Notes: generated by a model from the letters alone, not told the origin. A stretch of 64,000 nucleotides of DNA from Minisyncoccota bacterium (GCA_031972295.1 DALYEZ010000002.1:9596-73595); one strand, 5' to 3'; positions 8,657 through 17,331 are shown, counted from the first letter of the stretch. A program made the numbers and translations.

Positions 8657-9157
8657 ATGAAAAAGGTTGTTGTGCATGACTTGATGCAAAAAAGTTATAC
8701 GTATGAGCTTGTCGAGAAAGCTGGCAAGAATTTTGATGTCCGTTTTCGACCAGATCTTACACCAAAAGATATGTTGACCCTTGGAGTATTTGGAGGAAAG
8801 TATATGACAGATTGCAAAAACGAGTTTCCTAAAAGCTGGTTTGCAAAAGCAAAATTAAGTCCTGAAAAATATGAAAAGAAATTAAATTTCTTTGGCGTGC
8901 GAGCAAGCCAGACTCTTTCTGAGTGGCAAAGAAAAGGCTGGATACATAAAGATGATCCAAGGGGGTGGTTTCAGTGGTATTGCCGTTATTACATGGGGCG
9001 AAGACATCAAGATGATGAAAGGCAAATAAAGAGATGGGTGAAGATGAGAAGACACATTGTATGGCTTCAGGGTGCGTGTCGTGTGGGGGATGTTACATGT
9101 CGTCCACGTCAGCGGCAGGCCTTGCTTCACTGGGCTTATGACAGTAGAAAATTGTAG
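8657..9157 (+). CDS. conserved hypothetical protein (Trp/Arg-rich C-terminal half)
   Basis: 166 aa with MLTLGVFGGKYMTDC ... GWFQWYCRYYMGRRH ... HWAYD. Looks like a conserved globular domain, but the family is not recognised. Confidence 0.45.
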   Translation: MKKVVVHDLMQKSYTYELVEKAGKNFDVRFRPDLTPKDMLTLGVFGGKYMTDCKNEFPKSWFAKAKLSPEKYEKKLNFFGVRASQTLSEWQRKGWIHKDDPRGWFQWYCRYYMGRRHQDDERQIKRWVKMRRHIVWLQGACRVGDVTCRPRQRQALLHWAYDSRKL

Positions 9158-9192
9158 AAAATTCTTGAGTTAAGAAAGTATATACTTGTTCT

Positions 9193-9597
9193 ATGAACAT
9201 AAATTATAAGTACACAACAATTATTTTTGGAGCTTTGTTTTTGGTAATACTCGGCGCTAGTTTCAAAGGAGATTTTAATAGAGTAATGATGGGTGATCGA
9301 TATGGTTCTCAAAAAATGCACCGGATGCCAGACGGTAGCATGATGGGGGACAATAAAAGCATGGATTCTATGATGATGGATATGACAAGTCGTATGAAAG
9401 GAAAAACAGGTGATGAACTTGACCGTATTTTTCTTGAAGACATGATAGCGCATCATGAGGGTGCAATTGATATGGCGAAAGAATTGCAAAAAGGCACCAA
9501 GCGTTCAGAATTACAAAAAATGGCAGAAGATATTATTCGTGTTCAGACTGGAGAAATAGAAATGATGCGAGGGTGGCTGAAGGAATGGTTTAAATAG
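9193..9597 (+). CDS. DUF305-family protein (Met-rich, membrane-anchored)
   Basis: N-terminal TM helix, a Met-rich linker (MPDGSMMGDNKSMDSMMMDM), and the DUF305 motif MIAHHEGAIDMAK. Followed by a terminator at 9612-9644. Confidence 0.6.
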   Translation: MNINYKYTTIIFGALFLVILGASFKGDFNRVMMGDRYGSQKMHRMPDGSMMGDNKSMDSMMMDMTSRMKGKTGDELDRIFLEDMIAHHEGAIDMAKELQKGTKRSELQKMAEDIIRVQTGEIEMMRGWLKEWFK

Positions 9598-9648
9598 ATA
9601 GATTATCAAAACAAAAGCACCAACTAAGGTGCTTTTGTTTTTTGCGGG

Positions 9649-9735
9649 CGGAGGAGGTGAGATTCGAACTCACGGTCCGCGTAAACGGACTCTTGTTTTC
9701 AAGACAAGTGCAATCGACCACTCTGCCACTCCTCC
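9649..9735 (-). tRNA. tRNA-Ser (anticodon UGA)
   Basis: Reverse complement GGAGGAGTGGCAGAGTGGTCGATTGCACTTGTCTTGAAAACAAG + long variable arm + GTGAGTTCGAATCTCAC-CTCCTCC-G. Confidence 0.85.
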
Positions 9736-9807
9736 AATATGTGATTGTTGCAATACTCTAACACAGTTTTTTCGAGATTTCTAGCCTGTGCGCCGCAAGG
9801 GACTTAC

Positions 9808-10254
9808 ATGATATATTTGGGGTATATGAAGTATCTTGCCATTGATTATGGAAAGAAAAAGATTGGTATCGCAACATCAGACGATGGGGGCGAGATGGCG
9901 TTTCCGTGTATGGTGATAGAAAATAATAAGATGCTTCTCACTGAGGTAAAACAATTATGTAAAGAGCTCAAAATTGGAGCGATTGTGATAGGCGAGTCAC
10001 TTGATCAAAATGGTAAACCAAATGCAATTGCAAAAGATGCTCGGGCATTTGCGGTTTTACTTGAAGATACACTCGACTTACCACTTTCATTTGAAAAAGA
10101 ATGGATGACAAGTGTGCATGCGCGCGCTATGCAGGAGGGAAAAGAAATTGTTGATGACTCCGCGGCCGCACTTATTTTGCAGCGCTATTTAGACAAGAAA
10201 AATAAAGTCGTGGCAAAAGACGATGAAGAGGCGGAGGAAGAAGAAGCTGAATAA
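9808..10254 (+). CDS. ruvX: Holliday-junction resolvase-like / pre-16S rRNA nuclease YqgF (RuvX)
   Basis: MKYLAIDYGKKKIGIATSD ... GAIVIGESLD ... KEWMTSVHA pattern of the RuvX/YqgF family, plus an acidic tail. Alternative start at 9826. Confidence 0.75.
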   Translation: MIYLGYMKYLAIDYGKKKIGIATSDDGGEMAFPCMVIENNKMLLTEVKQLCKELKIGAIVIGESLDQNGKPNAIAKDARAFAVLLEDTLDLPLSFEKEWMTSVHARAMQEGKEIVDDSAAALILQRYLDKKNKVVAKDDEEAEEEEAE

Positions 10255-10259
10255 AAATT

Positions 10260-10595
10260 ATGGAACACATTACAATAGATGATTTTGCAAAGGTAAAAAT
10301 CCAAGTCGGACTAATTCTTGGCGCCGAAATAATTGAGGAGAGTGAGAAGTTGTTGAAACTCACAGTTGATTTTGGAGAAGAAGGCCCACGACAGGTGCTT
10401 TCGGGCATACGTGCCTTTATGGCACTCGACGAACTTGTAGGGCGAAAGTATTTATTTGTGACAAACTTACAGCCTCGCATGATGGTGGGAATGGAAAGTC
10501 AGGCGATGATTTTAGGAAGTGGCGGCGGAGATGAGCCGTTCTCTCTTTTTGCACCCGTTAATGACGAAAGTCTGCCGGGGGCGCTCATCCGGTAG
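10260..10595 (+). CDS. tRNA-binding domain protein (CsaA/Myf-like)
   Basis: 111-aa OB-fold pattern shared with the MetRS C-terminus/CsaA: KVKIQVGLILGAEII...KLLKLTVDFGEEGPRQVLSGI...LVGRKYLFVTNLQPRMMVG. Confidence 0.65.
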   Translation: MEHITIDDFAKVKIQVGLILGAEIIEESEKLLKLTVDFGEEGPRQVLSGIRAFMALDELVGRKYLFVTNLQPRMMVGMESQAMILGSGGGDEPFSLFAPVNDESLPGALIR

Positions 10596-10598
10596 TGT

Positions 10599-11204
10599 AT
10601 GCTTTCTCGTCTCAAGGCTTGGTATGAAAGAATGGAAGAAAGGGTAAAGCGTGCCATGCATAGTAAGCATGCTTTCAGGACACTTTTTGTTGTTGCGTAC
10701 TTAGAAAACTTTTTCTCTCCGATTCCGGCTGATATTTTAGTCGCACCACTTGCGGTGCATCATCCAGATAAAAAATGGCGTATTGTGCTGCATGCTACAC
10801 TTGCCTCTGTGCTCGGATCTCTCACTGGCTACGCAATTGGGTATTTCTTGTTTCAATCTGTGGGAATGCCGATTGTGAATTGGTATGGTGGTGAAAATGC
10901 ATTTGCTTCATTTAAGGAGATATTTGATACATATGGCTTCGTAGCGCTTCTTGTGGTTGCATTTACACCACTTCCTGACAAAGTCTTTACTTTGCTTTCA
11001 GGTCTTGTGGCGACACCACTTATTCCTTTTATTCTTGCTATGGCGCTCGGGCGAATGTTTCGATTTGGGATTGTTGCGTATCTTGCCGCAACCTACGGGA
11101 GGGGGGCGTATTCATTTTTACGGAATAAGTTTGGCACTGTTACATTTATTTTTTCTGCCATCATAATTACAATAATCCTCTTTTATCATTTTGCGGTACA
11201 ATAA
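10599..11204 (+). CDS. YqaA/DedA-like membrane protein
   Basis: YLENFFSPIPADILVAPLAV...LGSLTGYAIGYF matches the YqaA (COG1238) signature; 4-5 TM helices. Confidence 0.55.
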   Translation: MLSRLKAWYERMEERVKRAMHSKHAFRTLFVVAYLENFFSPIPADILVAPLAVHHPDKKWRIVLHATLASVLGSLTGYAIGYFLFQSVGMPIVNWYGGENAFASFKEIFDTYGFVALLVVAFTPLPDKVFTLLSGLVATPLIPFILAMALGRMFRFGIVAYLAATYGRGAYSFLRNKFGTVTFIFSAIIITIILFYHFAVQ

Positions 11205-12240
11205 GAGTATGGTGTTTGGGTTATCTCCAAAAGCGCGTTTCTTGTGCATCGATATCCAATTTGATGAAATGTATTTTACTGTGGTTCGGAAGACAGGAGA
11301 CTTTTTTGAGATTGATTTTTCAGAAAAACTCCAAATGGAAAAGGGTATTTTTGAGGGATCAAGAGTGCGTACCCCTGGGAAGATAGCGGATGTGCTTCAG
11401 CAAATAAAGAAAAAGTTCGGAACACTTCCGGTGCTCGCAAGTGTTCCAGAGCATTTCTCGTATGCAACGCTTTTGCCAAGCGAGACGTACTCATCTTCTT
11501 CGGATATACGGAAAGCCTTACATACACTTATACCTACACCATCATATGTTTGGACAAGTGCGTTTCAAAAAAATAAGTCTTCCTACACAGCTCTTCAGTC
11601 TGCTGAAAAAGAGGTGTGTAATGCCCTCTACGCACTTGTTAAAAGTATAGGTTTTACTTCTATTGTCATATATCCACGAGCACTTGCCTTGTCTGAGCTT
11701 AATGGAATCAAAGATGCTGTTGTGTGTAATTTTAGTAAAAAACAAACTGCAGTTTTTTCTGTCTATAATTCACATACAATAGGATTTTCTCTTATTCCAT
11801 ACGGAACTGATCAGCTTACTGAAAAAATGCAGAGCAGATTTTCTTTGAAAGATGACGAGGTGTCTGAGGTTTTAAGTGCATATGGAACGGATGTTCTCCC
11901 AAGAAAAGAAGGGCACCTTGTTCATGGAATTATTCACACATTCCTTTCGCCTATTGTTGATGAGATTCAATCTCTTGAGTTGCGTCAATCTGAATATGGT
12001 CTGCAAGTGAGTAAAGAATTTTTTGTTACCGGAAGCCCTGCTCAATATAATGGTGTCGTTGAAGATATCTCTAGGATGACGAGAACGCAAGTACAGCCTT
12101 TAGATGTATGGGAGGGGGTTATTGATTTGAATGTCTATATTCCACATATTCATAAAAATGAGTCACATGAATACGCAGGTATTGCTGGACTCATGAATAT
12201 TCTTAAGAAGGGAACACGATATCAGCCGTTTGACCTGTAA
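11191..12240 (+). CDS. hypothetical protein, possibly a PilM/actin-like ATPase-fold protein
   Basis: 349 aa. Weak pattern resemblance to PilM (KIADVLQQIKKKFGTLPVLASVPEHFSYATLLP). Not securely assigned. Confidence 0.35.
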   Translation: MRYNKSMVFGLSPKARFLCIDIQFDEMYFTVVRKTGDFFEIDFSEKLQMEKGIFEGSRVRTPGKIADVLQQIKKKFGTLPVLASVPEHFSYATLLPSETYSSSSDIRKALHTLIPTPSYVWTSAFQKNKSSYTALQSAEKEVCNALYALVKSIGFTSIVIYPRALALSELNGIKDAVVCNFSKKQTAVFSVYNSHTIGFSLIPYGTDQLTEKMQSRFSLKDDEVSEVLSAYGTDVLPRKEGHLVHGIIHTFLSPIVDEIQSLELRQSEYGLQVSKEFFVTGSPAQYNGVVEDISRMTRTQVQPLDVWEGVIDLNVYIPHIHKNESHEYAGIAGLMNILKKGTRYQPFDL

Positions 12241-12276
12241 CGGTATTGGTTGCTAGAGTGAGCAGAGTTTATATAT

Positions 12277-12349
12277 CCTCCGATAGTTCAATGGATAGAA
12301 CGAGAGCCTTCTAAGCTCTTAATGCAGGTTCGATTCCTGCTCGGAGGAC
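12277..12349 (+). tRNA. tRNA-Arg (anticodon UCU)
   Basis: CCTCCGA-TA-GTTCAATGGATAGAAC-G-AGAGC-CTTCTAA-GCTCT-TAAT-GCAGGTTCGATTCCTGC-TCGGAGG-A. The D-arm is shared with the other Arg tRNA. Ends may be off by 1 nt. Confidence 0.8.
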
Positions 12350-12764
12350 ACGTTTAAGAACCATGGCTGATTATTAAACGTGTCCTCCGAAGGAAAGCCT
12401 TTGAGGGCTTTCCGTGCAGGAATCGAAAAGGTTCTCCCATATTTTTAAGAAGTTCTACTTCGAAAAAATGGGAAACCTGTACCGTTCCCGTAGGGAAAGA
12501 TTCCTTGAGATATCCTCTTTACTTTTTTACTAGTTGGACGTATTCTTTTATTGGAGCTGAACGTCTCTCACCGCTGAAATCTACTGCTAAAGCGGGATGA
12601 TAAAAGAGACTAGAGGGAGTGCTTAGGCATAGCCCAGACCAACAGCTAAGGTACTTGAATCATGGTACCGAAGCTTCGGGTAGTTCCCCAGTAGTATCTC
12701 GCTACGTAGAACGTGCGAAGGGGAGATGTATAGGTTGAAAACTACGGTAGGCTCCCTTTATTTT

Positions 12765-12800
12765 GTCCCGTTGGCCATGTGCCGACGGGATTTATTTTTT
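12765..12800 (+). terminator. rho-independent terminator closing the long non-coding region after tRNA-Arg(UCU)
   Basis: CCCGTTGGCCATGTGCCGACGGG hairpin + ATTTATTTTTT. Confidence 0.6.
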
Positions 12801-12815
12801 CCAAAAACAAACCCC

Positions 12816-13172
12816 TCATCCATGAGGGGTCGGAGTAAACACGACATCGTCTGGCATGTTTCTCCGCATAAGATCTTCAATACTTTGTTCTATATTGTGA
12901 ACGAGGAGCATTGCTTGGAGAAACGAAAGCAGTCGATATGCCGCATTGTATTTTTCTTGGTCGATAAGTTCTATTATTTTGTAAGCGAGATAGAGACAGT
13001 GGTTGAGTTGCCTTGTTTTGGTAAGGTCTGCGAAAGTGGCAAAAATGTCAGCTCGCTCATTTATAGCACCACGACCTTCTAATTTCTGTATGTAGAGCTC
13101 TGCAACCGACTTTATTTTCTGAGATTTCACAATACTCTCCTTGAGTTTGTGGTAACTAGTGAAATATACCAT
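12816..13172 (-). CDS. hypothetical small helical protein
   Basis: 118-aa ORF with an all-helical composition. Preferred over the overlapping + strand ORF 12726..13082, which has poorer composition. No family recognised. Confidence 0.35.
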   Translation of the reverse strand: MVYFTSYHKLKESIVKSQKIKSVAELYIQKLEGRGAINERADIFATFADLTKTRQLNHCLYLAYKIIELIDQEKYNAAYRLLSFLQAMLLVHNIEQSIEDLMRRNMPDDVVFTPTPHG

Positions 13173-13218
13173 CTTTTGGACTAATCAGCATATTTTGCTA
13201 GCCTGTAATTATAAGACT

Positions 13219-14079
13219 ATGAATATCCAGCCTATCTGTATTTACCATAAAGACTGCTCCGACGGCACTGCCGCTGCGACAGTATTTCTTCGTAAATTTC
13301 CAGAGGGCAAAACATTTCCTTTTGACCATGGCTATACAGCCGAAGATGCTGAAAAAGTTCTCTCTGTTTTAACACCAGATACTGTTGTGTATACTGTGGA
13401 CTGCACTCTTTTAGCAAAAGAGTGTTTGGAGAGGGGGAACAAAGTAATCTCACTTGATCACCATATTAGTCTTTACGAAGATATGATAGGGCTTGCAAAA
13501 ACACAAGCAAACTACACCTATATTTTTAATAACGATCTCTCAGGGGCAACACTTGCTTGGACACATTTTTTTCCAGATGAATCTATTCCATACTTTCTCA
13601 CTCTTGTACAAGACATTGATTTGTGGACTAAAAAGTTTGAAGATTCTCAATATTTTGTTAACTGGAGCGCCATGCAAAGAAATAAGCCAGAAGTGTTACT
13701 TGATCTTTTTACAAATGAAAACACTTTAGCTGTATGTCTAGAAAAGGGTAAATCAATTCAGGATCTTAACAATTACTATTTAAATGCGTATAAAGAAAAG
13801 GCAAAACCTCTTTACATAAAGTATGCCGAACACAAGATACCCACATACAACTCTACTTTTTTACAAAATGATATTGCGAGTATGTTAGCCGATAGGGACC
13901 TGGGGGTAGCGATAGCTTTTTCAATAAAAGAAAATAGTGTTCGAATGAGCGTTCGTTCGATAAGAGATTCAAAGGTATCTGCACTTGAAGTTGCAAAAAG
14001 TTTTGGTGGTGGCGGACACAGAAATGCAGCCGGTTGTGAGGTTGATTTTAGCACATTTACTCAGCTAATATATAAATGA
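13219..14079 (+). CDS. DHH-family phosphoesterase (NrnA-like nanoRNase / pAp phosphatase)
   Basis: DHH motifs HKDCSDGTAAA, VISLDHHIS, and a DHHA1 C-terminal FGGGGHRNAAG. Confidence 0.7.
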   Translation: MNIQPICIYHKDCSDGTAAATVFLRKFPEGKTFPFDHGYTAEDAEKVLSVLTPDTVVYTVDCTLLAKECLERGNKVISLDHHISLYEDMIGLAKTQANYTYIFNNDLSGATLAWTHFFPDESIPYFLTLVQDIDLWTKKFEDSQYFVNWSAMQRNKPEVLLDLFTNENTLAVCLEKGKSIQDLNNYYLNAYKEKAKPLYIKYAEHKIPTYNSTFLQNDIASMLADRDLGVAIAFSIKENSVRMSVRSIRDSKVSALEVAKSFGGGGHRNAAGCEVDFSTFTQLIYK

Positions 14080-14086
14080 AAACAAA

Positions 14087-14404
14087 ATGAATTTAGAAAA
14101 ACCATTTCAAGGTGAAAATCTTGTACAAGAGGGAACGGTTGAGTATTCTCGTCTACACCATCCTGTGCTTTGGGAGATGATAGATTCTGTGTGCAGTATT
14201 TCTGATTGCAAGGGGTCAGTCTTAGAAGTGTTGGCTATGGAAACATACCAATCACTACCCTTTGATACAGGTGTTGTATTTAAAGAGTGGCAGGAAGATG
14301 GTGTTTTTGAAGAAAAAACAAAATATTTACAAGAAGTAATTAAGGGATTTTTAAATAATCCGACAAAAGAAAATGTGCGTTTAATTACTAAAGCTTTAGG
14401 GTAA
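14087..14404 (+). CDS. hypothetical protein
   Basis: 105-aa ORF in an operon-like position after the DHH gene. No family recognised. Confidence 0.4.
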   Translation: MNLEKPFQGENLVQEGTVEYSRLHHPVLWEMIDSVCSISDCKGSVLEVLAMETYQSLPFDTGVVFKEWQEDGVFEEKTKYLQEVIKGFLNNPTKENVRLITKALG

Positions 14405-14421
14405 TATTTGAACTGTAGGTG

Positions 14422-14494
14422 TGGGCGGTGAGGGATTTGAACCCCCGACCTTTTCGGTGTAAACGAATTGCTCTACCAACTGAGCTAACCGCCC
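14422..14494 (-). tRNA. tRNA-Val (anticodon UAC)
   Basis: Reverse complement GGGCGGT-TA-GCTCAGTTGGTAGAGC-A-ATTCG-TTTACAC-CGAAA-AGGTC-GGGGGTTCAAATCCCTC-ACCGCCC-A. Confidence 0.85.
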
Positions 14495-14550
14495 GTTCGG
14501 AATACAGTAACGTATTTTACTCTTTTACGCAATTGTACGATACTACCTCT

Positions 14551-15219
14551 ATGAATTTGTCAAAAACCATTGGGATAATTATGGACGGCAATAGACGCTT
14601 TGCAAAGCAAAAAGGCTTGGCTACGAAAGAAGGGCACGAAGCTGGTGCGCGTAAACTTAAAGAAGTTCTTGAATGGATCAAACCTACTTCTATAGAGAAT
14701 GTTATTTGTTACGCATTTTCAACAGAGAATTGGAAACGTTCGGAAGAAGAGGTTCAGGGACTTATGAACTTGGTTGCAAAAATTTTGGCAGATAAAGAGC
14801 TACTTTCTGGCGGGTATGCTCTCTCAGTGATTGGAGAAAAAGAAAAGTTACCAATGACTGTCCGGACTGCAATTTCTTTTGCTGAAAACACAACAAAACA
14901 TTTTGATAAAAAACTTTTCATCGCACTTTCTTATGGTGGACGGGCAGAACTTGTACGCGCCTGCAACAATCTCGTAGAAAAAGGCAAAACATCTATAACT
15001 GAAGAAGATATTCAAAGCGAACTCTATACAAAAGACATTCCTGATCCAGATCTTATTATCCGCACCGGTGGTCGTCACTCGCTTTCTAACTTTCTTGTTT
15101 GGCAATCTGCCTACGCAGAACTATATGTAACAGACACATTATGGCCAGATCTAACCAAAGAAGAGTTGTTGGGCTTATTTGAACGATTCTCCGTCGCAAC
15201 TCGCAAGATGGGTGCATAA
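14551..15219 (+). CDS. uppS: di-trans,poly-cis-undecaprenyl-diphosphate synthase
   Basis: GIIMDGNRRFAKQKG, ENWKRS, IIRTGGRHSLSNFLVWQSAYAELY. The N-terminal 44 codons of the listed ORF are the antisense of tRNA-Val and are excluded. Confidence 0.85.
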   Translation: MNLSKTIGIIMDGNRRFAKQKGLATKEGHEAGARKLKEVLEWIKPTSIENVICYAFSTENWKRSEEEVQGLMNLVAKILADKELLSGGYALSVIGEKEKLPMTVRTAISFAENTTKHFDKKLFIALSYGGRAELVRACNNLVEKGKTSITEEDIQSELYTKDIPDPDLIIRTGGRHSLSNFLVWQSAYAELYVTDTLWPDLTKEELLGLFERFSVATRKMGA

Positions 15220-15235
15220 AGGCTATAGTGTCCCT

Positions 15236-16006
15236 ATGAAGAAAGTGGCTATCAAAAAACTATACGAAGACGAGCATGTGGTGGTGATTTCAAAACCAGC
15301 CGGGCTTATGGTGCATCCAGATGGACGAAGTCGGGAAACGACTGTTGTTAGTTGGGTGAAAAGAAATTATCCAGAAATAAAGGATATTGGGGAGGTATTT
15401 CATTTTGAAGAAGGTAAAAAGAAAAAGGAAATTGCACGTCCAGGCATTGTGCATCGTTTGGATAAAGACACTTCAGGGGTGCTGCTCATTTGTAAAACAG
15501 AAGAAGGGTTTCGAAAATTAAAAGCGCAATTTAAAAATCATACTGTTAAGAAGGTCTATCGAGCGCTCGTGTGGGGACACATCAAACAAGACACGGGAAT
15601 TATTGATGCGCCGATTGCCCGAAGCAAAAGCGACTTCCGTGCACGTACGGTGCCGAATCATTTTGATGAAGACTCCCGAGGTACTGAACGAGAAGCTATT
15701 ACGCGCTACAAAGTGCTTGGGAAATTCTTTTTAGGAAATAAAGATAAAAAAATGCCAGTAACTTATGTGGAGCTTTTGCCGCTTACTGGGCGTACCCATC
15801 AGCTCCGTGTTCACTGTAAGACCATGCGTCACCCCATGATCGACGATAAGCTCTATGGACCAGAGGATAAGTCAGAAGTTCTTGGGAGAACAGCTCTCCA
15901 CGCCTTCCGGCTTACCTTTGTTTCTCCAAAAGCAGGGCTACAAACGGTAGAATGTCCGCTTCCGGAAGACTTCACAAAAACCCTTGCGAAGCTTACGAAA
16001 GTGTGA
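15236..16006 (+). CDS. RluA-family 23S rRNA/tRNA pseudouridine synthase
   Basis: Catalytic HRLDKDTSGVLLI motif with the usual downstream conserved blocks. The ORF track start at 15179 is a TTG; ATG 15236 is preferred. Confidence 0.8.
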   Translation: MKKVAIKKLYEDEHVVVISKPAGLMVHPDGRSRETTVVSWVKRNYPEIKDIGEVFHFEEGKKKKEIARPGIVHRLDKDTSGVLLICKTEEGFRKLKAQFKNHTVKKVYRALVWGHIKQDTGIIDAPIARSKSDFRARTVPNHFDEDSRGTEREAITRYKVLGKFFLGNKDKKMPVTYVELLPLTGRTHQLRVHCKTMRHPMIDDKLYGPEDKSEVLGRTALHAFRLTFVSPKAGLQTVECPLPEDFTKTLAKLTKV

Positions 16007-16020
16007 TATTTTCTATACTC

Positions 16021-16449
16021 ATGAAGACATCTATTCAACTTTCACCAGTGGATATCGAAGCGCGCAAGAAACTTGAGTTTAGCTCAGGTGACACAGTGCG
16101 CGTGTGGACAAAAATTGCTGACGAAAAAAACAAAGGAAAATTCCGTCTCCAGGCGTTTGAAGGAATGGTACTTGCTCGTAAACACGGCACTCAAGCAGGA
16201 GCTACTTTCACTGTTCGAAAGGTAGCAAGTGGTGTAGGTGTTGAACGTATCTTCCCACTCTTTTCTCCAATGGTTGATTCTATTGAACTCACTAAGAAAG
16301 CTCAGGCTCGTCGATCAAAACTCTACTATGTTCGAGACAAAGCGGTAAAAGATATTCGTCGCAAGATGAAATCGCAAGTTGTTCGAAAGGTAAAATCTGG
16401 TACAACAACTGCAGAAATTGCCGAGACAGCAGTAGAAGCAGAAGAATAA
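16021..16449 (+). CDS. rplS: 50S ribosomal protein L19
   Basis: FSSGDTVRVWTKI...GKFRLQAFEGMV...FTVRKVASGVGVERIFPL, typical bL19, with a C-terminal extension. Confidence 0.9.
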   Translation: MKTSIQLSPVDIEARKKLEFSSGDTVRVWTKIADEKNKGKFRLQAFEGMVLARKHGTQAGATFTVRKVASGVGVERIFPLFSPMVDSIELTKKAQARRSKLYYVRDKAVKDIRRKMKSQVVRKVKSGTTTAEIAETAVEAEE

Positions 16450-16454
16450 TAAAA

Positions 16455-16486
16455 ACAAAAGCCACAGCAATGTGGTTTTTGTTTTG
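16455..16486 (+). terminator. rho-independent terminator after rplS
   Basis: AAAGCCACAGCAATGTGGTTT hairpin + TTTGTTTT. Confidence 0.55.
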
Positions 16487-16501
16487 TGGTATTATTTAGG
16501 T

Positions 16502-16759
16502 ATGAATTTAGAAGGAGCAAAGGATTACCATGGAGTGTTTCCTGAAAATACATTCAGAACACACATTGGTTCCAGTGAGATTATCAAAACCCTTGAAGGG
16601 CTTATCCAAAACAAGAGAGCTCAATTATCGAGTGAAGAATTAGCTCTCTTTGAGCAGGCAATAAAACAAGCAAATGATGAATTAGGTGAAAGGCTTCGCG
16701 CAAATGATATAACCGCACAGCAAAAGTACCAGTTGCGAATTCGCGAGCTTTGCGAATAA
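16502..16759 (+). CDS. hypothetical protein
   Basis: About 85-aa helical ORF (MNLEGAKDYHG...). No family recognised. Confidence 0.3.
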   Translation: MNLEGAKDYHGVFPENTFRTHIGSSEIIKTLEGLIQNKRAQLSSEELALFEQAIKQANDELGERLRANDITAQQKYQLRIRELCE

Positions 16760-16816
16760 GTTCTTTCTTGTCTCACCTGAGTTTTTGAGCTAGAATGCAC
16801 CCACAGTTAAATATAT

Positions 16817-16900
16817 GCTCAGGTGGCGAAACTGGTAGACGCACTACCTTGAGGTGGTAGCGCCCGCAAGGGCATGGAAGTTCAAGTCTTCTCCTGAGCA
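16817..16900 (+). tRNA. tRNA-Leu (anticodon GAG)
   Basis: GCTCAGG acceptor, anticodon stem-loop CTACC-TTGAGGT-GGTAG, long variable arm, T arm GGAAGTTCAAGTCTTCTCC; 84 nt. Confidence 0.85.
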
Positions 16901-17258
16901 CAAAAGCCTTTAAAAATCTCCGACTACTCGGAGATTTTAGCTTTTGTGCAGCGGAGCGCGACTGGCGCGAGCTGGGTGAGAAATGTGTCGAAACACATTT
17001 CGCAAGACCTTTTCAGGTTGCAGCGAGTGAACAACGAAGCGAAATCGAAAAGGTGTACAGATTCTGTAAGAATCGAGGAAATTTTCGGAGCGACGGCGAG
17101 AAAATATCTGTGACCAAATGTTAAGAAAACCCTTTTAGGTCGCGAGCATTTTCAGCAGAAAATGACTTGTGACCAAAACGTAAACAATTCCCGCTTTTAG
17201 GCTTTTGTGTTAGCATACAAAAACGAATAAAGAAGGGTTTAGCCTTTGTATTCAGGAT

Positions 17259-17331
17259 GGTGTCTATGGTGTAACGGTTAACACAGAGGCTTGTGGAGCC
17301 TTTAATTCGGGTTCGATTCCCGATAGACACC
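17259..17331 (+). tRNA. tRNA-His (anticodon GUG) with encoded G-1
   Basis: G-GTGTCTA...anticodon loop TTGTGGA...GGGTTCGATTCCCGATAGACAC-C. G-1 opposite C73 is diagnostic of His. Confidence 0.85.

Noticed and set aside
12350-12389. Hairpin after tRNA-Arg(UCU) as a simple rho-independent terminator
   Set aside because: The 16-bp stem is followed by AAGGAAAGCC rather than a U-run, so a classical intrinsic terminator is unlikely. It is reported as an unusual palindrome instead.
12393-12800. Possible RNase P RNA or tmRNA in the long non-coding stretch after tRNA-Arg(UCU)
   Set aside because: Lacks the universal P4 sequences (GGAAAGUCCGGGCUCC / ACAGAAnCCGGCUUA) and lacks a tRNA-like 3' end. Kept only as an unassigned structured region.
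12726-13082. Plus-strand 118-aa ORF overlapping the minus-strand 12816..13172 ORF
   Set aside because: It begins inside the terminator hairpin and is Cys/Phe-rich with poor composition. The minus-strand helical ORF is preferred, though itself low confidence.
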